Positions 48,863 through 58,856 of a stretch of 64,000 nucleotides of DNA are shown here, one piece after another; position 1 is the first letter of the stretch; every line of letters starts with the position of its first letter. The stretch comes from an uncultured Bacilli bacterium (GTDB lineage: Bacteria > Bacillota_I > Bacilli_A > RF39 > UBA660). A program made the translations under genes and the position numbers. The notes beneath the pieces are model-generated. The model was not told the origin of the DNA and did no database searches. It was given only the letters and a program-made list of their open reading frames with translations. The stretch is taken from assembly GCA_934120265.1 (NCBI GenBank), contig CAKOTU010000001.1, positions 69,395-133,394 on the forward strand, written 5' to 3'.

Positions 48863-49339
48863 ATGAAAAAGATAGTATTAGTGTTGGTAACAGTTTTATT
48901 GCTTACAGGGTGTAGCGCTGTGGAAGATAGTATGACTATTGATTACGATAGATATATGAATAATTTATTATCATCAAATGAAAATAGTGAATATGTTCCA
49001 TGTGATATTGAAATAACTTATGATAAAATAAGTGATACACAATATAGTTACCAAATTGTTTTAGACAATCCAAAAGAAGATATGAGAAATATCAATATTG
49101 TTGTTAGTCATAATATGGAAACACATGATGGATATCCAAGCATAGGTGTTTTTGATGAAGAACCAATTAACCTAATGGTAGAAAGAACTGAAGATGACAC
49201 CAATAAAGGAATTGTTCTTGTTGGTTATATTGATAATACTGGAACTAAAGAGGATTTTCATCCTGAAATTAAACTGTTAATAAATTATGTTAATAGCGCT
49301 ATTGAAGAAAAAACAATTTATTATAAGAAGACGATATAA
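48863..49339 (+). CDS. Putative lipoprotein
   Basis: Signal peptide with lipobox LLTGC. Confidence 0.6.
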   Translation: MKKIVLVLVTVLLLTGCSAVEDSMTIDYDRYMNNLLSSNENSEYVPCDIEITYDKISDTQYSYQIVLDNPKEDMRNINIVVSHNMETHDGYPSIGVFDEEPINLMVERTEDDTNKGIVLVGYIDNTGTKEDFHPEIKLLINYVNSAIEEKTIYYKKTI

Positions 49340-49354
49340 TCCGTCTTTTTTTTT
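49328..49354 (+). terminator. Intrinsic terminator overlapping the stop codon
   Basis: AAGACG...CGTCTT hairpin plus T9. Confidence 0.65.
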
Positions 49355-49389
49355 ACACCTTTAGTATTAGAATGATAGTGGTGATTTAA

Positions 49390-49560
49390 ATGAAGGTTAA
49401 AATATTTGATGAGGGCCATGAAAAAGATTTAGAGGCGGCAGTAAATGATTTTTTAAAAGACTTAGATGGGGATGTAATAGATATTAAATATCAAGTCAGT
49501 GTTAGTGTTTTTTCAGAGGAACAAGTATTTTGTTTTTCAGCGATGATTATATATGATTAA
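49390..49560 (+). CDS. cse60: Sporulation protein Cse60-like (56 aa, below the ORF-track cutoff)
   Basis: My own translation: MKVKIFDEGHEKDLEAAVNDFLKDLDGDVIDIKYQVSVSVFSEEQVFCFSAMIIYD. K(V/I)FDExHEKDLE...F and CFSA..I.Y fit my memory of the Cse60/YteV family. Confidence 0.5.
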   Translation: MKVKIFDEGHEKDLEAAVNDFLKDLDGDVIDIKYQVSVSVFSEEQVFCFSAMIIYD

Positions 49561-49610
49561 AAATGATAAATAAGTTACACAATAACATAGAATATAAAGG
49601 AGATGATAAT

Positions 49611-51935
49611 GTGTTTGGAGAATTTACAGAAGAAGCACGTAAAATACTAGTTAGCGCTAAGGAAGAAATGTATGAATTAAAACATCCTTATGTTGGTAGT
49701 GAACACTTACTTTTAGCTATTTTAAAAGATAACAATGCTGTTTCAAAAAAACTAAAAGAATATAATTTGACTTATGATGTGTTAAAAAAAGAAATAACTA
49801 ACATTATAGGGGTTGGTAGTGAACATCCGGAATGGTTTTTATATACACCATTACTTAAAAGAATAATTGAAAATGCTATAGTTGATAGTAAAGAAAATAA
49901 CAATGGTGATGTAACTGTAGAACATCTTTTTGCAAGTCTTCTTGAAGAAGGGGAAGGTGTTGGTATCAGAATAATGCTTGGAATGGATATTGATCTTGAT
50001 AAATTATATAAAGATTTCTCAAACAAGTTAATAATCTCTTCCAAAACTAAAAAAACTAAAAAACTATTAATTGATGAACTAGGATATGATTTAACAAAGA
50101 AAGCTTTAAATAATGAGTTAGATCCTGTTATAGGAAGAGATGAAGAAATCAGTAGACTTTTAGAAATATTATGTCGTAGGACAAAGAATAATCCTATCTT
50201 AATAGGAGAGGCAGGAGTAGGTAAAACAGCGATTGTAGAAGAGCTTAGTAGAATGGTAGCCTTTGGAGAAGTCCCTAAGAAATTAAAAAACAAACGTATT
50301 ATAAGTTTAGATATGGCTACTATGGTAGCGGGTACTAAATATCGTGGTGAATTTGAAGAGAGAATGCGTAAAGTGTTAAAAGAAATAGAAGATAATGATG
50401 ATATTATTATTTTTATTGACGAGATACACACATTAGTAGGAGCAGGAGGAGCTGAAGGAGCAATAGATGCTTCCAATATTTTTAAGCCGGCTTTAGCTAG
50501 GGGTAAAATAAAATGTATAGGAGCTACAACAACAGAAGAGTATAAAAAGTATATAGAAGCAGATGGAGCGTTAGATAGAAGATTTCAAAAAATATTAATA
50601 CAAACGCCTGATAAAGCGACTGTAAAAGAGATATTGAGTAAACTAAAACCAATTTATGAAAAGTATCACAACGTAATTATAAGTGAAGAAATAATAGATT
50701 TGATTGTTGACTTATCTGAAAGATATATATATGATCGTAATCAACCAGATAAATCTATTGATATATTAGATGAGGTATGTAGCTTTGCAAGCCTAAAAGA
50801 AAGTGATGAATTAAAAAAATATAAAAGCTATAACAAAGATTTACAACTTGTGATTAATAGTAAAAACAAAGCTATCATTAATAATAGCTTCGATAGTGCA
50901 GCAAAGTTTAGAAAAAAAGAAAAAGAATTAATGGATAAAATAAACAAGTTAGAGTTAGATGTTATTAAAGATGCTAATAAAAAGGTTATATATAAAGAAG
51001 ATGTTGCGCTTGTTATAAATAAAAGAACTAGGATACCAGTGTATGAATTGTTAAAAGAAAAAGAACAAATAATTTTAAATATTGAAGAAAATCTAAAAAG
51101 TAACATCATAGGCCAAGACGAAGCCATCAGTAAATTGATAGATTTAGCTAAAAGAATTAAGTTGGGATTTGTAGATGAAAACAAATGTAATTCTATTATC
51201 TTTTGTGGATCGAGTGGCATAGGTAAAACTTGTTTAGCTAAAACATTTGGTAATGAACTAGTGGGAAAGGAAAATGTTATTAAATTAGATATGAGTGAGT
51301 ATTCTGAACCTCATTCTGTCAGTAAAATAGTAGGAGCTCCTCCAGGATATGTTGGATATTCAGACTCTAAAAATATATTAGAAGAAGTTAGGAATAAACC
51401 ATTTTCAGTTATTATTCTAGATGAAATAGAAAAAGCCCATCCAGCTATTATAAATTTATTATTTCAAATATTAGATGAAGGAAAGATAAAAGATTCTAAA
51501 GGGACAGAAGTTCGCTTTGATAATACAACAATTATCATGACATCTAATATAGGTTTTAATGAAAGCAATATTGGATTTTCTAATGATAAAAATAGTATAA
51601 TAGAACAAAAACTAAAAGAGAACTTTTCTTTACCGTTTATCAATCGTATCGATACTACTATTTTCTTTAAATCACTAAACAAAGAAGATATTACAAAAAT
51701 AGTTGATATGAATTTAAAAAAATTAAAAAACAAATACAAAAATAAAGGAATAAAAGTTACTGTCTCTAAAAATGTAATAAATGAAATAATTGAAAAAAGT
51801 AAATATAAGGAATTTGGAGCTAGAAAAATAAGCAAGATAATAAAAGAGTTGGTTGAAAATCAAATAATTGAAAAATGTATGAATGGCATTACTAACGTTA
51901 ATATTGTGTCAACAAACAATAAAGTTAGTGTTTAA
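49611..51935 (+). CDS. clpC: ClpC-like AAA+ ATPase (Clp/Hsp100 family)
   Basis: Clp_N repeats (FTEEARKIL...GSEHLLLAIL). AAA-1 GEAGVGKTAIVE / IIFIDEIH. AAA-2 GSSGIGKTCLAK / VIILDEIEKAH. GTG start after AAAGGAG. Confidence 0.85.
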   Translation: MFGEFTEEARKILVSAKEEMYELKHPYVGSEHLLLAILKDNNAVSKKLKEYNLTYDVLKKEITNIIGVGSEHPEWFLYTPLLKRIIENAIVDSKENNNGDVTVEHLFASLLEEGEGVGIRIMLGMDIDLDKLYKDFSNKLIISSKTKKTKKLLIDELGYDLTKKALNNELDPVIGRDEEISRLLEILCRRTKNNPILIGEAGVGKTAIVEELSRMVAFGEVPKKLKNKRIISLDMATMVAGTKYRGEFEERMRKVLKEIEDNDDIIIFIDEIHTLVGAGGAEGAIDASNIFKPALARGKIKCIGATTTEEYKKYIEADGALDRRFQKILIQTPDKATVKEILSKLKPIYEKYHNVIISEEIIDLIVDLSERYIYDRNQPDKSIDILDEVCSFASLKESDELKKYKSYNKDLQLVINSKNKAIINNSFDSAAKFRKKEKELMDKINKLELDVIKDANKKVIYKEDVALVINKRTRIPVYELLKEKEQIILNIEENLKSNIIGQDEAISKLIDLAKRIKLGFVDENKCNSIIFCGSSGIGKTCLAKTFGNELVGKENVIKLDMSEYSEPHSVSKIVGAPPGYVGYSDSKNILEEVRNKPFSVIILDEIEKAHPAIINLLFQILDEGKIKDSKGTEVRFDNTTIIMTSNIGFNESNIGFSNDKNSIIEQKLKENFSLPFINRIDTTIFFKSLNKEDITKIVDMNLKKLKNKYKNKGIKVTVSKNVINEIIEKSKYKEFGARKISKIIKELVENQIIEKCMNGITNVNIVSTNNKVSV

Positions 51936-51971
51936 ACGAGAGTCTTATGTTATACTATAATTGGTGATAGT

Positions 51972-53024
51972 ATGAATAATAAGTTTGTAGATTTAATAAA
52001 AAGTAAGGTTAATTCTGGTGAGTTAAAGACAAAAGAAGATATAATTAATTATATTAGGAAGATAAGAGAATCAGCGTATTCTAATCCAGAATTAATGAAT
52101 CTATTAAAAGAAGCTGGTATAAACTTAGATGAACAAGATCTAAATAAAGTTACAACTGCGGTACTTGATTATTATGATAAAACTAAAGCGGATACTACTA
52201 GCTTAAATTTAGACGGTGTTTCTCAGATGACAATTAAAGATGAAAAGGGTTTTGATGACAAATATATAAAAGTTGAAAATAAAGATGGATCTTATACCGT
52301 TTTAGAGGATAATATGAATGATAAAGATTTTGTTACTCAGTTTAATGAACGTCAAAATAGGTCAGTTAATCTTCAAAGTAACGATGGAGTAAAAAATAAA
52401 GAAGAAATAGTAAAAGATATGAGAAAAGATAAATTAGAAGCTAATTTAGAGTCAACTAACAGTATAGATACAAGAGAATTAACTCCAGAAGAAAGAAGAG
52501 AATTTGCTGCTGTTATGAAAGGAAGAAAAGCAGACGGAATAAACTTTATAGTTGATACAAAAAGAAATATTTATATAGATAAAGATACGGGAGAAACTTA
52601 TTATACTTATTTAAATAATGATAACAAAATGGAAGTTAGAAAAGCTAATGAAGAAACTTCTGAAACTGTAGCTAATGATGTTAATAGTGTTGATAAAGAT
52701 GGAGTAGAACAACAATTCACTGTAGAAAGTTCACAAGATATAGATATGAACAGTTTAGATGATTATGAACTTCAATATATGTTAGATAATAAATTTGACA
52801 GCTTAACTCCAGAACAAAAACAAACATTGTTGGCATTAATAGAACGTAGAAAAGAAATGAAACCCAATGAAAATTCTAGCAATCTAAATAAAGAAAAAGG
52901 TTATCAATACACTTTAAAGCTAAACGATCCGAAAAAACAAAACGGTTATTTAAACTTAATATTTTTATCCTTAGTAACCCTATTATTTGGAATTGGTTTT
53001 ATACTTTTTATAACCTTAAACTAG
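51972..53024 (+). CDS. Hypothetical tail-anchored protein
   Basis: Acidic, low-complexity soluble region with a single C-terminal TM (YLNLIFLSLVTLLFGIGFILFITL). No family recognised. Confidence 0.45.
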   Translation: MNNKFVDLIKSKVNSGELKTKEDIINYIRKIRESAYSNPELMNLLKEAGINLDEQDLNKVTTAVLDYYDKTKADTTSLNLDGVSQMTIKDEKGFDDKYIKVENKDGSYTVLEDNMNDKDFVTQFNERQNRSVNLQSNDGVKNKEEIVKDMRKDKLEANLESTNSIDTRELTPEERREFAAVMKGRKADGINFIVDTKRNIYIDKDTGETYYTYLNNDNKMEVRKANEETSETVANDVNSVDKDGVEQQFTVESSQDIDMNSLDDYELQYMLDNKFDSLTPEQKQTLLALIERRKEMKPNENSSNLNKEKGYQYTLKLNDPKKQNGYLNLIFLSLVTLLFGIGFILFITLN

Positions 53025-53079
53025 TTGACATACTAAAGACATTATGCTATAGTATGCCGTACATAGGAAGAAAGATAAA

Positions 53080-53586
53080 ATGTATAAATTTTTACCAGAG
53101 CAAATTGCAAATTTGGAAAAACAATTAGATGACGAGAATGCAAAATTTAACGATTTTCTTGAACTAAAAAAAGCACATTATTCAGAAAGGGGAACTGATG
53201 AAGGAGAAGAAACTAGAGTTTTATTTGATAACTGTCTACTAGAAGATTCTGCTATGAATGTTGCTTCACTTAATGATATCAGAGAAAAGTTACTTAATTG
53301 TAAAATTGTTGAGAGAAGTAATAGCGATGAAATAAGAGTAGGAAGTAGTTTTGAAATAACTTTTGATGGCGATGATGAAAAAGTAACATGTACATTAATT
53401 GAGACAAGAATTCCAAACGATCCAATGCACTTTATTTCAATTAGTAGTCCGTTAGGAAAAGCTGTTATCGGAAAGGTACAAGGAGACAGTTTCGAATATG
53501 TTGTAGAAAACTCTGTAATTTCTGGAAAGATAAATGAAATTATAAAAATAGATGAAAATGCCAAAACAAAAAATATTCGTAAATAA
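53080..53586 (+). CDS. GreA/GreB-family C-terminal domain protein
   Basis: IRVGSSFEITF...ISISSPLGKAVIGKVQGDSFEY resembles the GreA C-terminal FKBP-like domain. The N-terminus is atypical. Confidence 0.6.
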   Translation: MYKFLPEQIANLEKQLDDENAKFNDFLELKKAHYSERGTDEGEETRVLFDNCLLEDSAMNVASLNDIREKLLNCKIVERSNSDEIRVGSSFEITFDGDDEKVTCTLIETRIPNDPMHFISISSPLGKAVIGKVQGDSFEYVVENSVISGKINEIIKIDENAKTKNIRK

Positions 53587-53608
53587 AGCGAATATTTTTT
53601 TGTGAACA

Positions 53609-53799
53609 TTGACAAAAATAAATATAAAACTGTATAATAAGAACAGTAAAGGTAGTGATAGTATGGTTAAAGATGTAAGTATAAACATAACTCAAAACCT
53701 AACCTGGGGGGGTTATTTAATCATACTATAGTATTAAACGAAAAAGAAAACACAAAGTTTCTAGACTTTAAAGTAGTCTAGATTTCTTTGTGTCTTTTG
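53609..53799 (+). promoter_or_regulatory. Promoter plus structured leader RNA plus terminator (copy B)
   Basis: TTGACA (53609), 18-nt spacer, TATAAT (53633). Helix 53658-53671/53716-53729. G7 at 53706-53712. Terminator 53747-53799. About 90% identical to copy A. Confidence 0.55.
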
Positions 53800-53847
53800 T
53801 TATGCCTTTATAAAAAAGTAAATCTAAAGAAAAAAGGAGGAAATGAT

Positions 53848-54714
53848 ATGAAAAAGAAAGGATTTACACTTATTGAATTACTAGCGGTGATAGTAGTACT
53901 AGCAATAATAGCTTTAATTGCAACACCAATAGTAATGAATACAATAAAAAGTGCGAAGAAAGGCGCAGCGGAAAGAAGTGCAGATAACTATATTGATGCA
54001 CTAGAAACAGTGGTTTCCACAAAACGTTTAGATGGAAATATCTTAGAAGGAGAATACCTAGTTCAATCGGATGGAAACTTATGTCCAACATCAGGATGTG
54101 GAGAAAATGATAAAGATAAAGTTGTTGTTGAAGTGAATGGAAATAAACCAATAAGAGGAACAATAGTAGTAAAAGATGGGCAAGTAACTACCGATTCAAA
54201 AATGACAGTAGGAAGTTATGAAATATCATATAATTCAACAACAAAGAAATATGAAGCAACAGAGAGCAGTAGTGCTTCGCCAACGGTAGTATATAGATAT
54301 TCAACAGATATAGTTAGCATAGGAGATACGATGAATGACTCGACAAAATATACAACTAATCCAAGCACATTAGGAAAAGTAGTATATTTAAAACATATAT
54401 TAGATAAAAATCATAAAGTAACAGAATCATACGCCTGCATTAATGAGAAGAGTATTGAAGCATGCATACAAGGTGGTAGTGCTGATTTTTATGGGTGGTC
54501 AGAAGAAGAAAGCAATTATAAAGGAAATGAGTTAATAATAAAAACGTTGCAAGATAAGGGCTTTAATTGTTATTTAAGTGCTTCAGATTCTTTTTGTACA
54601 GGTGATTCAGTTTATCTAGATGCAGGTCCAGGTGGACGTGTTGGCGTTGAAGGTGGAGGAAGTGAATACGGTAATTGTGAAGTTAATGAAGATGGTAGTT
54701 CTTCTTGCCGATAA
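53848..54714 (+). CDS. Prepilin-type protein, shared N-terminal module plus distinct Cys-rich C-terminal domain
   Basis: MKKKG/FTLIELLAVIVVLAIIALIATPIVMNTIKSAKKGAAERSADNYI is near-identical to 34134. The C-terminal ~150 aa is unrelated to the GVRPV-type domain. AGGAGG RBS. Confidence 0.75.
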   Translation: MKKKGFTLIELLAVIVVLAIIALIATPIVMNTIKSAKKGAAERSADNYIDALETVVSTKRLDGNILEGEYLVQSDGNLCPTSGCGENDKDKVVVEVNGNKPIRGTIVVKDGQVTTDSKMTVGSYEISYNSTTKKYEATESSSASPTVVYRYSTDIVSIGDTMNDSTKYTTNPSTLGKVVYLKHILDKNHKVTESYACINEKSIEACIQGGSADFYGWSEEESNYKGNELIIKTLQDKGFNCYLSASDSFCTGDSVYLDAGPGGRVGVEGGGSEYGNCEVNEDGSSSCR

Positions 54715-54740
54715 AAGGTTATATATTATTTAAAATATTA

Positions 54741-54779
54741 AAGAACTATAAAACTTAATATTTATGGTTCTTTTTTTTT
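54741..54779 (+). terminator. Intrinsic terminator, right arm overlaps the 3' end of the convergent gene
   Basis: AAGAACTATAAA...TTTATGGTTCTT plus T-run. Confidence 0.65.
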
Positions 54780-55268
54780 ATTATTCAATTTGAATGCATT
54801 ATTAGCAATGATAGTAATGTTTTCATCTTCATTTCTAATTAGTTTTACTATTCTTTTTCTATCCTTTCTAGTTAAAACAACAACTAATATAGATTTTTCT
54901 TTATCGCAACCCTCAATATTAGTAACCTTATAACCGTTATTTTTAATAATTGAAACAATCTTTTCTTCTAGTTCCTTTTTTATAACAATAATCAACATGT
55001 TACTACCAATAGCTAGTTTTTCTTCTATCATACTACCAACGTATGAACCAAAAGCAGACCCTAGAGCAAACGCTACTATTTTAAATGGATCTTTAGTAAT
55101 GTTTACAATAACAACACCAGTGATACACATCCATACAATTGCTATAATACCCTGCAAAATAGCTCCGAATACTTTTCTTCCATTTGCGATAACAATAATT
55201 CTAAGTGTACCTAAGGCTAGCTCAATTGTTTTTGATATAAAAATAATAAAATAAAGAATAATATTCAT
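54762..55268 (-). CDS. UPF0316/DUF2179 family membrane protein
   Basis: Three TM segments (LALGTLRIIVIANGRK) followed by a DUF2179-like soluble domain (GYKVTNIEG...ILVVVLTRKD). Start at MNIILY after AGGTGA. Confidence 0.65.
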   Translation of the reverse strand: MNIILYFIIFISKTIELALGTLRIIVIANGRKVFGAILQGIIAIVWMCITGVVIVNITKDPFKIVAFALGSAFGSYVGSMIEEKLAIGSNMLIIVIKKELEEKIVSIIKNNGYKVTNIEGCDKEKSILVVVLTRKDRKRIVKLIRNEDENITIIANNAFKLNNKKKEP

Positions 55269-55335
55269 AATTTCACCTAATAATATTATGTAATAAAAAT
55301 GTAAAAAAATGAAAAATTTGTGAAAAAATAATTTT

Positions 55336-55362
55336 TTAGCACTCATATATTGACAATGCTAA
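55336..55362 (+). promoter_or_regulatory. CIRCE-like HrcA operator 1 (imperfect), overlapping the -35 box
   Basis: TTAGCACTC-N9-CAATGCTAA versus consensus TTAGCACTC-N9-GAGTGCTAA. Confidence 0.7.
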
Positions 55363-55378
55363 CATATACTAGTATAAT
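55350..55378 (+). promoter_or_regulatory. Sigma-A promoter of the hrcA operon
   Basis: TTGACA, 17-nt spacer, TATAAT. Confidence 0.75.
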
Positions 55379-55382
55379 GAAA

Positions 55383-55409
55383 TTAGCATTCGAGAATAAC
55401 GTCTGCTAA
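55383..55409 (+). promoter_or_regulatory. CIRCE-like HrcA operator 2 (imperfect), in the 5' UTR
   Basis: TTAGCATTC-N9-GTCTGCTAA. Confidence 0.6.
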
Positions 55410-55421
55410 AGAGGTGATTTA

Positions 55422-56408
55422 ATGATTAGTAACAGAAAGGAAACTTTACTAAGACTTATTGTTGAAGATTATATAAAAAGTGCTAGACCAATAAGCTCAA
55501 AGTCACTTTGTAGTATTATGAAATGTTCAAGTGCAACAATTCGTAATGAAATGAGTGAGTTAGAGGAGTTAGGTCTGCTAGAAAAAACACATACATCTTC
55601 AGGTAGAGTTCCAAGTGAAAAGGGATATAGATATTATGTTGATCACTTGATGGAACCAAAAAAATTAAGTGGTGAGGACATGTTGAAATTACAAACTGTT
55701 TTCCACAACAAAAATTTGGTGTTGAGTGATGTTATTACAAAAAGTATGGAAATAATATCAGAACTTACTAATTATACAGCTGTAGTTTTAGGAAAGTCAT
55801 CAAAGGAAAATAAAATTAGCAAATTAGAGGTAGTACCGCTTAATGAACAACAGTTAATAGCGATAGTAGTTACTGATAAAGGCTACGTTGAACATAAAAA
55901 TATGTATTTAGAAGAACATGTTTCACTAAACGACATAAAACAAACTGTTGATTTAATCAATAAGCTTTTAGTAGGTACACCAATTGATGAAGTAAGTGCT
56001 GCTTTAGAATTCGAAATAAAACCAATTATTTCTAGGTATGTAAAGCAACATGAAGCTTTGTATAATGCTTTCTATAATGCATTTGCTGATTTTAAGAATG
56101 ATCAAAATTTTAAAATGGCCGGAGCCAAAAATATTTTGATGCAACCAGAATTTGATAATACGAATAAAATAAGAGAGATAATTAATAAATTCCATGATAA
56201 ATCATTAATTAATAATATAAAAGAAGAAGATAATGGTATTAACGTTTATATTGGTAGTGAAAATGATTTAGATGATGATTTAACAGTTATTAAAACCAAA
56301 TATTCTATTGATGGAGAAGAAGGAACGATTGCTTTAATAGGACCTAAGAGAATGGAATATGAAAGAGTAGTTTCACTTCTAAATTACATCAAAGAGAATT
56401 GCAAATAG
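55422..56408 (+). CDS. hrcA: Heat-inducible transcription repressor HrcA
   Basis: RKETLLRLIVEDYIKSARPISSKSL...ATIRNEMSELEELGLLEKTHTSSGRVPS. Confidence 0.95.
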   Translation: MISNRKETLLRLIVEDYIKSARPISSKSLCSIMKCSSATIRNEMSELEELGLLEKTHTSSGRVPSEKGYRYYVDHLMEPKKLSGEDMLKLQTVFHNKNLVLSDVITKSMEIISELTNYTAVVLGKSSKENKISKLEVVPLNEQQLIAIVVTDKGYVEHKNMYLEEHVSLNDIKQTVDLINKLLVGTPIDEVSAALEFEIKPIISRYVKQHEALYNAFYNAFADFKNDQNFKMAGAKNILMQPEFDNTNKIREIINKFHDKSLINNIKEEDNGINVYIGSENDLDDDLTVIKTKYSIDGEEGTIALIGPKRMEYERVVSLLNYIKENCK

Positions 56409-56417
56409 GAGGTTAAA

Positions 56418-56969
56418 ATGGAAAAAGAAAAATGTAAATGCGAAGAAAAGCATGATGAAAAATGTACTTGCTCTGAAAAGTGTGAGTGCCATGAGCCTAA
56501 AAAGAATAAACACAAAGAAGAAATAGGTAAATTAAAAGAAGAAAACAAAAAATTAGAACAAGATGTTTTACTAGCTAAGGCTGATTTGATAAATTATCGT
56601 AAAAGAAAAGACGAAGAAGTAGCTCGAATGTTGAAGTTTTCAAATGAAGATTTAGTAAAAGAACTTCTTCCAACAATTGATAATTTTGAAAGAGCAATTA
56701 AAATGGATGATGATGATTTAACTGATGAAGTTTCTAAGTTTTTAGAAGGATTCAAAATGATTTATTGTAATTTCATTAATACAATGGAAAAGTATGAAGT
56801 TAAAGCTATTGATGGAATAAATAAACCATTTGATCCAACTTATCATCAAGCTGTTATGACAGAAAAAAGAGAAGGTGTAGAACCTGGGATAGTAATAGAG
56901 GTTTTACAAAAAGGATATTTATTAAAAGATAAAGTAATCCGTCCAGCAATGGTCAGGGTTTCAGAATAA
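56418..56969 (+). CDS. grpE: Nucleotide exchange factor GrpE, with a Cys/His-rich N-terminal extension
   Basis: ADLINYRKRKDEE...LLPTIDNFERA...FDPTYHQAV GrpE core. N-terminus is CKCEEKHDEKCTCSEKCECHE. Confidence 0.95.
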   Translation: MEKEKCKCEEKHDEKCTCSEKCECHEPKKNKHKEEIGKLKEENKKLEQDVLLAKADLINYRKRKDEEVARMLKFSNEDLVKELLPTIDNFERAIKMDDDDLTDEVSKFLEGFKMIYCNFINTMEKYEVKAIDGINKPFDPTYHQAVMTEKREGVEPGIVIEVLQKGYLLKDKVIRPAMVRVSE

Positions 56970-56980
56970 AAGAAAGGTGA

Positions 56981-58807
<1,827 letters not shown>

Positions 58808-58809
58808 AA

Positions 58810-58835
58810 AGAAGTTCTAGCTAGTCTAGAACTTC
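58810..58835 (+). other. Perfect hairpin after dnaK without a T-run (possible attenuator or processing site)
   Basis: AGAAGTTCTAG-ctag-(T)CTAGAACTTCT. Confidence 0.4.
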
Positions 58836-58856
58836 TCGTATATTTAAGGAGAGACT

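Noticed and set aside
49772-50476. 234-aa ORF on the minus strand, the longest antisense ORF in the track.
   Set aside because: It lies entirely inside the well-supported clpC-like CDS. Its composition is low-complexity S/I/L/P-rich, typical of a shadow frame in AT-rich DNA. It has no RBS or promoter. The same reasoning applies to 50828-51220 and 51464-51835.
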